Positions 36,201 to 51,200 of a stretch of 64,000 nucleotides of DNA are shown in pieces. The stretch comes from Harriotta raleighana (Eukaryota), in contig JBNZDD010013635.1 of NCBI GenBank assembly GCA_050575255.1, forward strand, positions 592,947-656,946, in the 5' to 3' direction. Positions within the stretch are counted from its first letter, which is position 1. Every line of letters starts with the position of its first letter. A model generated the notes under the pieces. It was not told the DNA's origin. It searched no databases and was given only the letters and a program-made list of their open reading frames with translations. Position numbers and translations under genes: made by a program.

Positions 36201-39200
36201 CCCTATACCAAATGGTAAAGTATAATTATTATTTCCAATGTTGTTTAAGGTCACGACAATGTAATGTGAAGCCATATTTTGTCCATCTACTCTGAACACA
36301 CAGTTACCTTCTGCACAGCAAATGGATCTCTCTGCTCATGGTCCAGATATTTCTCTAGGTTGAAGCAAGTGTCATAAAATATATGTGCCATTCTGCACCT
36401 CTTTAGATCTCGCAGGGTGATTTTTCCTGGAAGAACACAGTTATGGGAATGATCAAGATGATTCAGGAGCATTCCAAATTTTAGCACCATCTACCCAGCA
36501 AATGATTCCCGTTCACAAAGTGAAGAATGACATGACGCTTTGTTTCTCTCGTTTCGCACGCATGTGACATTGCTTGTCACATTCCTTGACCAGTTTGCAT
36601 TGTACAAGATATAAGATACCACGTCTGAACTTTCAGAGGCGAATATAGCACCTATATACTGTACCAGGATCAGGCTGTTCCTCACTTCTAGGAAGTCAAC
36701 CTGACTTGATACTCCCTTAAAAGGCAACAATGTCCTTTGAGAGAAACATCAATACCTCAGTATTGTCAGTTATCCCGGCCATTAAGCAAACCTGACTATT
36801 TAAAGTATTAAACAGGACTGTTTCTGCTCACGCTGACTTTGCTTTCTTCCATTCATTCACCTTCACATTCCGGCTTCACTAGATCCAGCATCTGGCACAG
36901 GAGGTCGTGGAATGGCAATGGCTCGATGCCCATTCCCTCCATCCGTTCACATTGTTCTTCGTAGAAATACTCCAGCTCATACATAGAGAGCACACCATCA
37001 CCATCAATGTCCATAGCCCGGAACCAGTACTCCATACTAGAACAAGAAATGAAAAACGTTACAATCTTCTTACTTGAAAGCCATATATATTTTTTTTACT
37101 TTGGATCAAATTAATGAATCCATATGATATCACTGAGGTGTTCACCATGGTGTCATCATAAAACCTCTAAATAGTTCCCAGATTAATTTATGAAGATCAC
37201 AGGTTGTGCTATACAGTTATTTATCACAACTCCAAACGTCCACTGGAGATGATGGAATTTGGCATTCATGGCAGCATCACCGAAAATTACCTGGTGGCAT
37301 TCTTCTTATCTTCCTCAGAAAGCAAAAACCAGACAAAGTCAGCATAGCTCATTCGCCCATCCTTCTGCACAGAATTACCCCTGAAAATAGAGTGCGCTCA
37401 CTGAAGATTATTCCATTTAATAGTCATGACCACAAAACAATTGGCAACTTGGCATTGTTTAAGCACAATGTTTAGACACTGCAGCTAATTTTCTCTTCTT
37501 TGCTCATCTCTTAAAGACATTACTTCTAATTCCAAAAGGTTCAGCTCTTTGGCGATACTGAACAGTGAATGTAGGCTGACCCTGAACCTACAGCTATCAA
37601 AGATACGTATACACACACACACACACACAAAAAGAAACACACACAAGATACAGGAGGGGGTCACTGGATAAAAATCAGCACCAGGAAGTCTGTCTGATTT
37701 TTACCTCCCCTAACCCAGGAACACTAAGAAACACTGGCTGAGATCAGCTAATTCATTCCAAATGTTTAACCGAGATTCACACTTTCTGTGTGGCTTTGTG
37801 CTGCAGTGCTTCTATTCTCTTGGTCCCATGAAAAGCATTTTTAACGAGAAGGTAAAATATTTTCCAATTCAGAGCATTTTTATTATTTCATTATTTTATA
37901 TACTTCTAATTATTTTAACTGTATATTCAGGAGCATACAATGGCGCATTGAGACTTGTGACACAGAATACAGATGTTCTGTGATGCTTCATGAGGAGCAC
38001 TATATGAATGCAGTATGTTGTTGTTATAACAGCCAGTGTAGCAAAACCCAGTCTAGGGCACTGTAATTGCTTGATACACAGTGACCTCCAACGTAGCTGA
38101 TATCAAGATAATTTCTATGAATGTGACCAACCAACTTCCCTTCGTGCTTTTGTTAAATCTTGCGAACAATTTCTTTTTGAAACCAGACATCAAGATACAG
38201 CATTTGAATTCATAACCGTCAAGAAATTATCCAGTTGTGGAAACCAAAATGTTTAACTCACCTTGTAACTGCTCCGGAGAATATTCTTTCAATAATTCGA
38301 TTAGAGATGGCTGTGGAAAAACACAACAAAGATAAGATTCAATAATAATAATAATCCTTGCATTTAATATAACACTCTTCACGTCTTCTAGACGTCTCAA
38401 AGCACTTTCACAGAATTAAACTGTAAAGTGAATTGACTGTACATTTGTGGGCGGAATGCGGCAGCCAATTGCGCACAGCAGTGTCCCACAAACAGTCATG
38501 GATTGAAATGACCAACTTTATTATTGTTTTTTTTCGGACGGTTTCAATGCCAGTCTTATTTTGACCACAGAGGAATATGCTTATGAAATGGCATAGCATA
38601 AAAGTTACAGTATTTCATAATAATCCTTGTATTTGATTTAATGCCTTACCTTGTCATTGAGACGACTCATGGCGCCTCGCAAAATATATTGTAAAGTGAA
38701 TTGACTCTATATTTTGTGGGAAAAATATGGCAGCCGATTGTGCACAGCAGTATCCCACAAATAATTGTGGACTGTTTGTGGGACTCTGACTGAGTGACCA
38801 TTAGATTTCCCCTCAACCCTTAACCTTCCCTGCTCCAGTGAGTAAAAACCCAGTTGTTTTAAAACCTGCAATAACTTTATCCTTTCATCCAGAACATGTA
38901 AAGGATGTACAAGAGTTAAATTTACCAGTATGTGATTTATAGAATCACTCACCATGATCATTGTGTCTGGCCAAGTCCTTCTGATCAACAAAGAGGTCAT
39001 GGTCAGTGTCTAGTTCCCAGAACTTACAGTAAATTACATAAAAATGCTCATATGAGAAATAGTCTGTGATTTGGTTTATGTCATCTTCTTCTTCCAGGAG
39101 AGCAAGAGTCTTAAGAAAAGCAAAGAACACAAGGATTAACAAGTGTTAGAAAGTAGCAACAAAAAGTATTATGTTAAACCATGACTTTCCCCTCTCTCTT

Positions 39201-42200
39201 ATCTCTATCAGTATATTCGGGTTCTACACTACCTGGCACACTGAACATAAACATTGCTAAAACCTGCCTGGAAACGCAAACTAAATAAATCATTTCTTGT
39301 GTTCAAATGCAGAGAATTGACAAAAAGCATCAGAGATGGCTGGGGTAGGGTACATTTTCCTATTTCTGTTTTTTATTCATCTTCAGATATGACAGTGGAG
39401 TCTTACATATGACATGTAGGAGTATTACATGCATATTAATAATAATTCTTGCATTTGATATAGCGCTTTTCACGTCTTATCAACATCTCAAAGTACTTCA
39501 CAAAATGTACTTTAAAGTGAAATGACTACATATTTGTGGGCGAAACGCAGCAGGCAATTGCGCACAGCAGTGTCCCACAGGATTGAAATGACCAATTTAT
39601 TCTTCTTTTTGAGGGATTATTATTAGGCGTGTGGAGTAAGGAAACTTGCCCAAGGTTTCGTCCTGATCTGCCTGGATTCGAACACAGGTCGCACGCTTGT
39701 AAGGCAAGTGCTCTAACCGCTGAGCTACAGGAATCCCATACAAGGTCACAAAATGGATTTTGCGTCTAATGGTTCCTTGCTTTTGGTTCTCTAGCTCTAA
39801 CACTGGTAGCAGGTTGTCCACTTTGACACATGTGTGATAGGTCTTGACCTACATCTGTAGCCTTTGCTGGAGGGGTGACATACTTGCAGGAAGTTGCTCT
39901 TCCTCAGTTCCGTCAGGGTTATCTTGCCAGACCAGGATCTGTTGACTGTGTAAAATATTCTCTGTATGACCTGTATGGGAGGGGAAAGTAAACAACCCAC
40001 AAATAACCATTCATCGCAAAGCTATGTTAACAAAAAAGCAAACAGACTCTCTCATTTCTGGAGGTTAGAGGAAAGGGCAAACTGGCAGCAGAGTTGCATG
40101 CCTCAGGTTTAAATGCAGCGTCCTGTTAACTTAAACAACACTGTCCCGCCAGGCACGAGTGTCAGTCAACAAGTCTGCTCCAAGGAGAAATTAATCTATT
40201 TTAAATTATCTCTCTGCGATTTGTTAACAGACAAAGAAATGGGCCTTATTGACAGATACAAAAACTAATGCCAAACTCCCTAATAGGGATAGTCATGTGC
40301 TAGGGATCACCTTCAGGTACAATCAGTCTTTCCATGACACAGTGATTTTGAAATCCTCAGCAGTTGTTCATGCATCTAATATAAACAGCTAACATTGTCA
40401 CTCACCCCATTGCTCTTTTGGGATTTACTCTTTAGAACTTCTTTTTAAAATCAGGATTTGTAGCTTATAAGCAATCACAGAGGGAATGTTTTGTTTTGTA
40501 TTGGGAAGAAAGGAAACATGGAAAAGAAACTATTGTACTTTGTATTTGTTTGGGATTTCTGTTGTACCAAATATGTTTGTAAATATATATATATATATAT
40601 CTATACAGTATATCATTTCTTTTTAAAAAATCACATAAGTAAAATAAATTGGGGCAGTGATTAAGGGAGTTAACCATCTCCCTGCTGGAATTACTCTTCC
40701 CTTCATGAAAGCACTGACTCTTACCTGGGGCAGTTTTAAACATGTCAGCTGGCCATTGATTGGTTTGTCATCCAAAAAGCCTATTCTGAACATGCTACTG
40801 TAAGAGTTAGTGTTTGGTAAGAAAAGCAATTGGAGGCTAAAACAGGCTGAGTGTCAAATGATATTCTTCCAACTTTAGGACTGGTCACAAGTGGACTGAT
40901 CACAGTGATCTATCCCTTTAATCCCTGCATATTTGTTTCACTGAAGCCTGCGATGTTAAATAATCTGAATAGTGTGAATAAACTGTAGCAGAACACTGTT
41001 GACAATCATGGCGTGTGCCACCTGATCTTACCGTGGTAATGTATCGTGAATGGAATTCTGGTGCATCCTTCAGAAATGTCAGACCCGGGTGAGTGTCCAC
41101 AATGTCCTAGGGAAGAGGTGTTGAAAATGAAGCGAGTCTCGATTGTGTATAAAGTTTGTTAGAAATTGTGAGACCAGTCTCAAAATCCTTCTCTTTGAGC
41201 AAGCCTTTGGCCACTCTCCGTCCTGTCCTATCTTGACCCCCAGCTCAGGTCCAAATCCCTCACTGATGCAGACTTTAACATGTCCTCCTGATGTGAGAAG
41301 TGCTACACAATTCTTTAAAAATATTTTACAATAAGCATGGATTAGTATGGATCAATTGTTCCTCATTCTTTCAATACCCTGTTATTAATGTGCATGGAAA
41401 GATTTAGTCTTTCGGAATAACATCTCCCAATCACTGACTTTGCAGTTCAGAATAATAATAAGAATCCTTGCAGTTGATACGGGGCCTTTCACATCATCAG
41501 AGCGTCTTAAAGGCTTTTGCCTGCCTTATTGTGCATGTGTGTGCTGCATCAGTGATTCAAGGCTGGGAGAAGAGTGGCAGCCTAACCTCTCAACTGGTAA
41601 ATAATATCGTAAAATGCTTATTGCACATCTTCAGAGAAGAGACAAGGAGATGTTTCCTGAAGCTGCACTTGTTCGAATAGACCAGGATGCGTCATCCAAA
41701 TGCAAACAGTCTTCCCAGCAAACAAAAAAAACCTATGAGTAGCCAGGATACTGCTCCCCATCAGTTGACTGCAGATATCTGTTAAGCTAGATATCCAAAG
41801 CCCGGACTCACATTCCTTAACATCACCATTGTGAACAGTCGCCAACATTCAATGTGGTAAATGTGAAATATAGTATATTGCTAAGTTGCACCCATTGTCA
41901 TAAGCAATAGTAATTAAATGGCTCGGGAGGATTGGTATGTAAGCAAAAGCTTGTGGATTGGGAATACTTGCGTCCCAAATTGCAATGGAAAACAGCCTCC
42001 TCTTTTGCAATGGGATGTAATGTGATCAATGGAAAATTCCACCGGCCCTAATAAATTTTATTTAACGCTGCTTGCAGCTGCATCATGGAAGATGATCTAC
42101 TGTTTGCTAATACTGCTTGTAAAACCTAAATAAAAACCTTTGTGAGAGACAGTTCTCTAACCACGCTGAAATACTTCAACACCAGTGATAATGGGCTGTT

Positions 42201-45200
42201 GGTGTCCGACCTGCATCATTGTGTCTGACTCTGGAAGAGTTCCATATTTCTAGCCCTTTCAAGTTAACGTGTGTATGTGTATATACAAAATATATAAAAT
42301 ATTTTTTGTCCAAGTGGTCAAATAAACACATTCCCCAGGTTTATATACTAATTGAAGCGAGTCTCGATTGCTTGAATGATTTTCCATTTTGCACATTCTA
42401 ACATTTTGGCCCTCTTAGATTTTATTTGGGAACTAGAAAATCAAATGTGAGATGTTTCTCAAGGGAAATCAGATCATTATTTTATATGGACCAGGTGTGG
42501 TACAGTGTTCAGAAAAATGAGTTCAAATTCTTTTAATGATGATCACTTTTAATTAAGTCTTGCCCGCACCAAGTAAGTCAGATAATTAATCGGGTCAATA
42601 GGTGGCACTATTGCCTACAGTACCCATCTTGATTTGTGGGGTGGATCTGAATCTAAATAATACATTTTTTAAGAAATATTTTTATATGCCTCTTTGATCC
42701 ATTGAGCCCAAATGACCTGTTCTGCTGGTGAGGTTGTGNGATCACTTTTAATTAAGTCTTGCCCGCACCAAGTAAGTCAGATAATTAATTGGGTCAATAG
42801 GTGGCACTATTGCCTACAGTACCCATCTTGAATCTAAATAATACATTTTTTAAGAAATATTTTTATATGCCTCTTTGATCCATTGAGCCCAAATGACCTG
42901 TTCTGCTGGTGAGGTTGTGTCACTGGCTATCCGAGCTTGATTGAGATTGTGACCAAGTTTCTTATTCTGTTTATCTTTTCCGGAAGGAAATGCCTGTTTT
43001 TCATTCTGTATCCTGTGATCTACACAGGATTGTGAAGCAATGATTTTCCTTATTTTTTTAAAGAAGGCAAAAACCACATAAGGAATACAACTGTTCAGCA
43101 TGGAAAGGATCACACTGTGTGCTTAAAGGATCTCACCAAACTTGGAAGTCATTGCTGGAAAGCATTATATTCTATGTTATCAGTTTTCCCCAGTGAAAAA
43201 CAGATCTGCATTCCTGCGTAATTATAATTCTTTATCAGTGGATGAAATTCATCTAAGGGACTTTCGGAAATTAATTAATTAAATTAATCATTTCATTTTA
43301 TTTGGTTTGTGGATAAACTAGCTAAAGGCTGTTAAAACTTTGATTAATTTGTAAATTGAGATGAACATTTGTCCAATTTTTCCAATGAATCCACAAAAAA
43401 GGCACTGTGATTGGCTGCCAATGATCTTTACTTGGTCATTCTTGGTAAATCAAGCCTCCTATTGATCACTCAACTGGGTCAAGCTACCTCAACTGAATTA
43501 TAATTCATCAGCATTTACACAGGGGATCAGTATTTGGATCAGTTCACATAATAGAATGGGAGTGACTCAATTATCTGCCCAATGCATATGATCAGTGGGG
43601 GAGGTTTGCAGCTGAAATCTGTCAAGGATGTGGGCTCTTCCTGCTTTGCAACCTTGATACATCTCGGGGAAACATGAAGCAGCAATTTTGCCCGTGCTGA
43701 ATTACAGGAGCAAAGAGACAATGGTAACCAACAGGAAAAGACCTTCCGAAGCTTCAAAATCCAGTATAAAACTTGATCATTCAATTATATAAATCATTCC
43801 AAATATCTTGAAGGATTATGAATAACTGCATCTTAAAGCCAAGAAAATAAAGCTTGAAATTTCTTCTTAAAAGTCCTAAAGTATTCTAGCAAACCTCCAG
43901 TACTTTTGACCCAGATACGAAATGTTTCAGAATACTTTAGAATACTTAATTTTTTAACACTATTGAACACTATTTAAACTATTGTTTTATTTTCCTGTAG
44001 CTGGAGGTAGTTGATAGTAACAGCTAATTTATCCTGAGTAAGAGCCACACACAGTCCATTTCTACCAGCTTGAAGCACTCAGATCCTCAGAGATGTGTGA
44101 CCTGGACTGAGAGTGAGCTGTCCTTGTATAAACCAGATTTTAAGTAGCATTTCCATGTGCATATGATAAAACTGCGCCATTATCTGAGAATCCTGTTAAA
44201 TTCTTTTCTAAATAAATTAACCAATCAAGATACCTATGCCCTGACTTTCAATGTTTAATTAACATGTATTAGAAGACCTTCAAGAGAGGTCTATGTGTGG
44301 CTCTACACATGAATAGTAGTGGAAAGGTTAACTATGATGCTTTGTGCACTGTTGTATGTTAGGTTTAATGAAGCAACTGTATTGAGTGTTTAGGCTGGTA
44401 TGTGTGAGGAGACTGCCAATGAAAAGGAGAGTTCACTCCTTTCACTATCAAGTGCCTGACAAATACGCACAATACTTTTCTGAACTCTTTTTTGCTTCGA
44501 GGTTTCTGGGAGTGTCTGTTTTCACATGTGTAAAGTAGCTCATGGGATTAGACGTCTGGAGTCCAGATGGTTCAAACAATTATCAGGGCAGGTTTTTTTT
44601 AATGTACAGTAATCTAATGAACGCTATACAACAGATTCCTAAGAAAAAGAGGTTAAGCTATATCTTTTATAACAGATACTTTCTTCACCTATTTTAGAAA
44701 ATTTCTACTGTTGTTGTCTTAGATATATTTAAAATAAAATAAATAAATAAATTGTAATATTTATTATTCTGCTTTGGCTCCAATTGTTTCAACCACAGGT
44801 TAAATCTATGTTGTGGTTGATTGAGGTCTATGACAGATAGTCAGTGAGAATGATTTCTAAGGCCACCGATAACTAATGGTACAGAGGAGAAAGGCCTGAA
44901 TTAAGCATTCTAAGACACTTCCCTGTGTAAAGGGTGCTGAACAAATAAAAGTTGTTTGGCTTGTTTGTATTCTTTGTTGTGTCATTGAATGGTGTACCTC
45001 ACCCTTTGGAACTCCATCCCACAGTCCCTACGCCTCGCTCCTTCCCTTGCCTCCTTCAAGGCACGTCCCAAGACCCTCCTCTTGGACATTGCCTTCAGTC
45101 TATCCTACCCCTACGCTTGCTGCCCTACCACTCCTCCCGATCCCCAAATCCTGCTCGAGTTCAAATCCCTGACAGCCCAGTGCTTTGGGACGTCCTCCTG

Positions 45201-48200
45201 ATGTGAAAGGCATTATACAAATGTGACGTGAGATTGCTTTGCATACCTGCAACAGTGGAATGAAGTCTTCCTGTTCCAGGTAGTTGCAGGAAGGTTTGGC
45301 AAGAAGATAAACAAACCTCGAGGCGTCGTCATGGCAGGTGTGTAACATTCTGTGAAAGACAAGACCATTTGTAGTTACTGTTTCGGGGACCAATAAAAGA
45401 ATCTGATATTTAAAGCTGACAGAATGCAGTGGGTGAAATGACTCCATCACATATTTTGAAGGGTGTGGAAAATTAGAGGGAGGGGAAGAGACCTGAATTT
45501 TCATACTCACTTTCTCCACGTTGCCACAAACGATTGCACAGACGTGCATCCTGTCCTTTCTCCACCAGCAGAAATAAACATGGGGGCTTTCCAATATAAA
45601 GGACAGCCGCAAGCCTTTTTTTTAAAACCAAAAAAAAGAAATGCACTTCAAAATTGGCATGAAAAAGGAGGACAATCTAGTAATGCTAAATGGTCTTAAT
45701 GATGTTGAGGAGCTGATATCGAAGGTGCGCAAATACAGAAAAGGTCACTGAAAAGTAAACAAAACACATAATACTGCAGATGCTGGAAATCTGAAACAAA
45801 AACAGATAGTTGGGAAAATTCAGCGGGTCAGGCAGCATCTATGGAGAAAGGACCCAAAATGTTGACTCACTTTCCTTTCTCCGTAGATGCTGCCTGACCC
45901 GCTGAATTTTCCCAGCTCTGTTTTTGTTTTCACTGAAATGTAAATTGGTTCAGAATTTTTATAGACTGCATACAATACTAGACTTACAGTACTAAATACA
46001 AAAGTAGGGATATATTTATGTAAGATGCTGCTCAACCTTCAGTAGCTATATAGCATGTACCCATAATTTTGTTCTCCCATTGGCAACCGACTACACTAAT
46101 TATGGTGGAAAAACTATTTTTAGTCACTGTTCCTTAAATTGACAACTTGATTTCATGTAATAATAGCGCATGATATATTATTACAAATTTTTTTTTACTG
46201 AGCGTTTTTCCCCCCAGTCTATAGCAAGCTCCCGGCGTTGAGTTTCAACGTTTCATACGTTGATTAAAGTTTCATACCTTTGCGATTTTGCCCATTTCAT
46301 AAATATCAGCATTTTCATCCTCAAACTCTGAGAAGGCTGCTTGAATCTTGACAACGGTCTCGTCGTGGTCATTGTTAGCGTTTGGAAGTCCTTTAGGGAA
46401 GTAGAAGCGTGGAATGTTTACAGATGCGGGAGTACTGACAACAACCTTATTTGAAGGGGGAAGAGGACTGGGAGCAGTGTTAGTCACAGCAGGAGGTGGA
46501 GTTCCGGGTTTCTTCTCTTTATTGCTTTGGACCTGTTATAAGCACAATAGAACACGTCACATAAATTCCATCAAAGTATTATTCTACATGGAACAGAAAG
46601 CAGTTATAAGACTGAGCTAACGAGACTTCCTGGTGTCTGCCAGAAAAAAGCATCTTGAAAGGTTTCCAATGAGGGGTCAGAGCTAAAACGTTAAACCACT
46701 ATTCTCTTTTGGATGCTGATTGTGTTTTTTTCCAGCCTTTTCTGTTTTTATTTCAGGTTTCCCAGCAACCTGTACTTCTTTCATTTAAAAAAAATCTTAA
46801 TTTGAGCAAAGTGCTTTTGCTGGGGTTAGGGGGTGGGTGGGGGCGGAATAAAAACCTCCATTATCAGATTCTCTCTTTTTGGTCAGATGCTAGAAATAGA
46901 AATTCTTCTGGCAGTAGAGATTGTTACACTCTCTGTACTTAGGGTGTCACAGCGCTTTCACAGCCTATGTAACTGATGTTCAACCCACCAATTCCACATG
47001 AAGCAACAATCTACGGACACACAGATTATCACTTAATCATCAACGAACTCACTGCTCAAAAATATTAGCAGCACCAGATTAAGAAAATATTACTCTTTAA
47101 AATTCTGTTAGCAACTTCTATCACAATAAAAAAAAAGGGGATAAGGGGGAAAGAAGAAAGAGGAGAAGTGACTTTCACCTCTCGGTACTGGTCATTACCT
47201 GATTACGGTATTTAATTGTCTTGTATTGTTAGTTCAAGGGACTCTTTAAATGATAGATATTTGTATAGATTGGTATTAGTGGAAGTTGCACAGGATTCTG
47301 AAGTTGAGGCTCACTGGGATGTTCTGCTTTTCTTATTATTTCCATTCCTTGGTTTATTAAACCTGTTATTTTTAAATCCACTTCAAAAGATATTCCCAAG
47401 TACACTTTGGCATGATGTAGTGTGATATATCATTGTAAAATGTAAAAAATATTATCACTTCAGTAATGTTGTGACTTTTCCCCTTTTTAGTACTTTTTTT
47501 GATTGAAGATTCACATTAGAAAGAAAAGCAATAGATTTGTACAATGTACAAATACTGAAGTGGTTTATCCAATACAGCCAGATGTTTTGATTTCTACAAT
47601 ATCTTAAACTATATGCAACTTGTATTGTAATGTTGTTAATCTGAACTGGCTGTATAACATTATAATGCCCATCAGAGGGAATCCTCTGGTGTTTGTAGGC
47701 CTTCGACATTGGGAGTTACTGACTGAACCAATACTAAGTGACTCAGACTCTTTGGTGCAAGTTTCCTTTTAAAAATTAATAATAAATCTAGGAATATAGC
47801 CTCTTATCACATCTTTGAGATGTCTCAAAGCACCTTCACAGACTGTACTTTCGAGTGGATTGACAGTATATCTTGTGAGTGAAACACGGCAGCCAATTCC
47901 GCACAGCTTAAAATGAAAAAGAAGTGTTGAATTGTTTTGAAATTCAAACAGACAAATTTAGTTCACTCTCAGAATAATACCTTGTCCTTGGACCATCTCA
48001 TGCACCCCTCCCCCAACCTCCCAACTTCGATTAACATTCCAAACTCTCCCGTTAAGACATCATGACACTGAATGCAAGTCTTTTAAATCGTAGAATTACA
48101 AAACATTTACAGCACAGAAGGACGCCATTCAGCTCATCTTGGTTGCTATGTAACAAATTGTACACAGTCCACGCAGGTCTCAATGAGATTGGGCAAGTCA

Positions 48201-51200
48201 ACCCTAGCTAACTGGGCATTATTCAATTTATACCCAATGAAAGATTTTATTTCTATTTTGAAAAAGGCTTCTGTAACGATTAGTCACTTTAATATTGCAC
48301 ATTAAATTTCTGTGCTGAAATATTTGAATGGAGATAGTAAAGGTACGTTAGTAGGTTACACTGCAAATCAAAAGTAAGTAAAGAAGCAATATCTTAATAA
48401 TAATAATAATCCTTGCATTTGATATAGCGCTTTTCACATCTTATCAACGTCCCAAAGCGCTTCACAGAATATACTGTAAAGTGAATTGACTGTATATTTG
48501 TGGGCGGAATGCGGCAGCCAATTGCGCACAGCAGTGTCCCACAAACGGTCATAGATTGAAATGACCAATTTTATTATTGTGGTTTTTTTGGAGGGATTAT
48601 TATTAGGCATGTGGAGTAAGGAAACTTGCCCACGGTTTCGCCCTGATCTGCCTGGATTCGAACACAGGTCTCATGCAGGTAAGGCATGTAAGGCGAGTGC
48701 TCTAACCACTGAGCCACAGGAGCTCCATCTTCATGCCAAAGTGCCTGTCAAACCATTTTCTGTTTGTTTGTTCTCTGGATGAAATGACGCAAGTTATACT
48801 ACATTCATTTACTCATCATGTCTATGGACTGAAAGTGACCTGATTTCAGGAAGCCTGTGACCCAGTGAGACGTTGAACACTAAATCCTAAAGAAATTCAC
48901 TCAAAGCACTCCATCACAACAACACAATTTATAACTGACAGTTACAGGATTCAGCTTTTAATTTGGGGTTAAGAGAAGCCGAAGGGGTTCTCTCTCTCAC
49001 TTTTTTTAATGGAGAAATAAATGGAATGGAATTCAAAATATAAATGATCAGTGAGTTACTAATACAGTTCTATACAATCTTTAAAATGTCAATTTGTGCT
49101 TACAAAATCAAATATCAGTATTACAGCATTTGCAGTCAGACAGGTATTTAAATCAGTAAACCATTTAAGCCTAAGGCTATTTTGCTATGAAAAATTCATC
49201 TCGAAATCTCGAAAAATGTAATACATTTTTCCATCTTGAAAAATGGTATCGCAAGTAGAATATAACCAAACACAGTATTTTGCTTCACTTCACAACACAT
49301 ATGAGTGAGTTTTGCGGTGTCATTCAGCTCTCATTCCGAAAAAAAATAACTCCTTGAGAACTGAAAGGAAGTTTTCGGATTTTAAAACGCTCTACGCACC
49401 TTTTTTCTTTCGTATAACATCCGCAAAAAATGATTCTCTGTAAATTTTTAAACGCAAACATTTTCATAAGCAGTCACGAGCCAGATACACGGAACCACTG
49501 CCTATTCTGGGGACGGGCTGAAAAAACATTGCAGTCGAGTGAGCTGCTCGTTCCTCTTTCCTTTTGGTGCGGAATTGCTAATTGATCCTCAAAGGGTTAA
49601 AAATAAAATAAAAGCCATAGGAACCGGCCACGGACACAAACAAAATGATGTTACTTTACAGTTTAGGTAAAGACTTTGACTGCCTTTAACTCTCCCTACC
49701 ACAGCATCAGTCTCCGCTCCATTCTTTGCGAGGATCGAGTGAACAAAGAAGGCAAGACCTCCCTTCCCCCTTAGGTCCTCAGTACGCCCCAATGATGCCT
49801 GCACTGAATTGCAATTCACTGAACTCACAGGCTATTAAACGCACAGAGAAAACACAAAATAAAGACAACACAATCCTCTCACAAGCAATCCCAGCGCAAA
49901 AAAAAAACTCAGGCATTTTTTAATTTTACCGATGGTGCTGTTAAGTCAACTGAAGAAATATTACTGCTGCAGCAAAGCAGGCTATTTTGCAGATACAATG
50001 ATGTTAATGCTGTCAAAAATGTGATATTTCCAGGTTGTCAACTTTTAATAAACTTGTGCTTTCAATTTTAACTCTAAACGAATGCCATCTAGAGCGGTGA
50101 GGGTTGCTTTGTGCACGCAAGTTTCCTATTATTTGTTCTTGCAATGAGGCATAGACAAACGAGTCAAAACGGTTTAACAAAGCAAAGAGAATTGTGCTGT
50201 TGCCCTGGAGAAGTGGGTGAGCACTGTGGAAGCTGCTGGTTCATTGAAAAGAGAATCTAACGACTTGCATTTTTGGTGACGTCCACTAAAATAAATTTCT
50301 TATGTGAAGTAAACGTTGGTTCCTCTTCAAGGTTCCCAATAGTCACACATGAGATACCCCAATCAACCCCACCCAAGTTGATAGAACATATCAAAGTGGC
50401 AGTGCATATTATAGTACAATTGTGCTGAGCTGCTGTGGACATGAACATGCTTGCACAATACTGTATGTTCTCCTAGTCTGATATCAATGTCATTGACACA
50501 TTAAGAAGACCACCAGAAATGCAATTACAACCAGCTTTAAATACTAATCCCATATCTTTTACAACAACAACAAATGACATTTGAATAGCATCTTTCACGC
50601 TGGGAGGACGTCCCAAGACTTCTAGCAGCTCTTGACCATACAAAATGGTTAATGTGCAATTCTCTCACCTCTGATCTGAAATCTCTCTCTCTCCAAAGTT
50701 TCTCTCTGTCATTTGCAACCTTTATTCTTTCTCTATTTTCATCGGCAAAATGTCCATTAGCCACGGTTCTAAATATGTACATGACTCTCAGATAATGTGA
50801 ACGCCCCAACTCTGCTATTTCTTATTACTTCTTACTTCCCCCCACCCCCCCACCCCCTCAACACATACACACCCCACTTAGCTGAACAGCATTGCTTATT
50901 ATACAGAAAGGGGAAATAACTATTTTTGCACACTTTAACTTTAGGTAGCTTTTAATATTTTTTTTAGCAATTAACAGTCATCAACATTGTCAAAGGGTCT
51001 TCTTGATCTTACCCTCATGTAAGATTGATAGATACATATGACTGCATATACACACACATTCCCTTTCACAGCTTGTATGCAACTAGTGGTCTTAGCTTCC
51101 AAAACCTTCTCCAAGGTCTCTTTTGAAATTTCATCTGAATTTTGCAATGTCAACTTCCACCAAGCTGTTAAGTAATATAACTTACTGCTTTACCATGTCA

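Noticed and set aside
45100-45612. 170-aa ORF as an independent gene
   Set aside because: Read-through across a PPP2R3A intron and exon plus an antisense L2 fragment
47199-47709. Possible extra PPP2R3A exon (ORF 47455-47709, donor CAG|GTAATG at 47199)
   Set aside because: In-frame stop ten codons upstream of the donor, and the ORF is not contiguous with it
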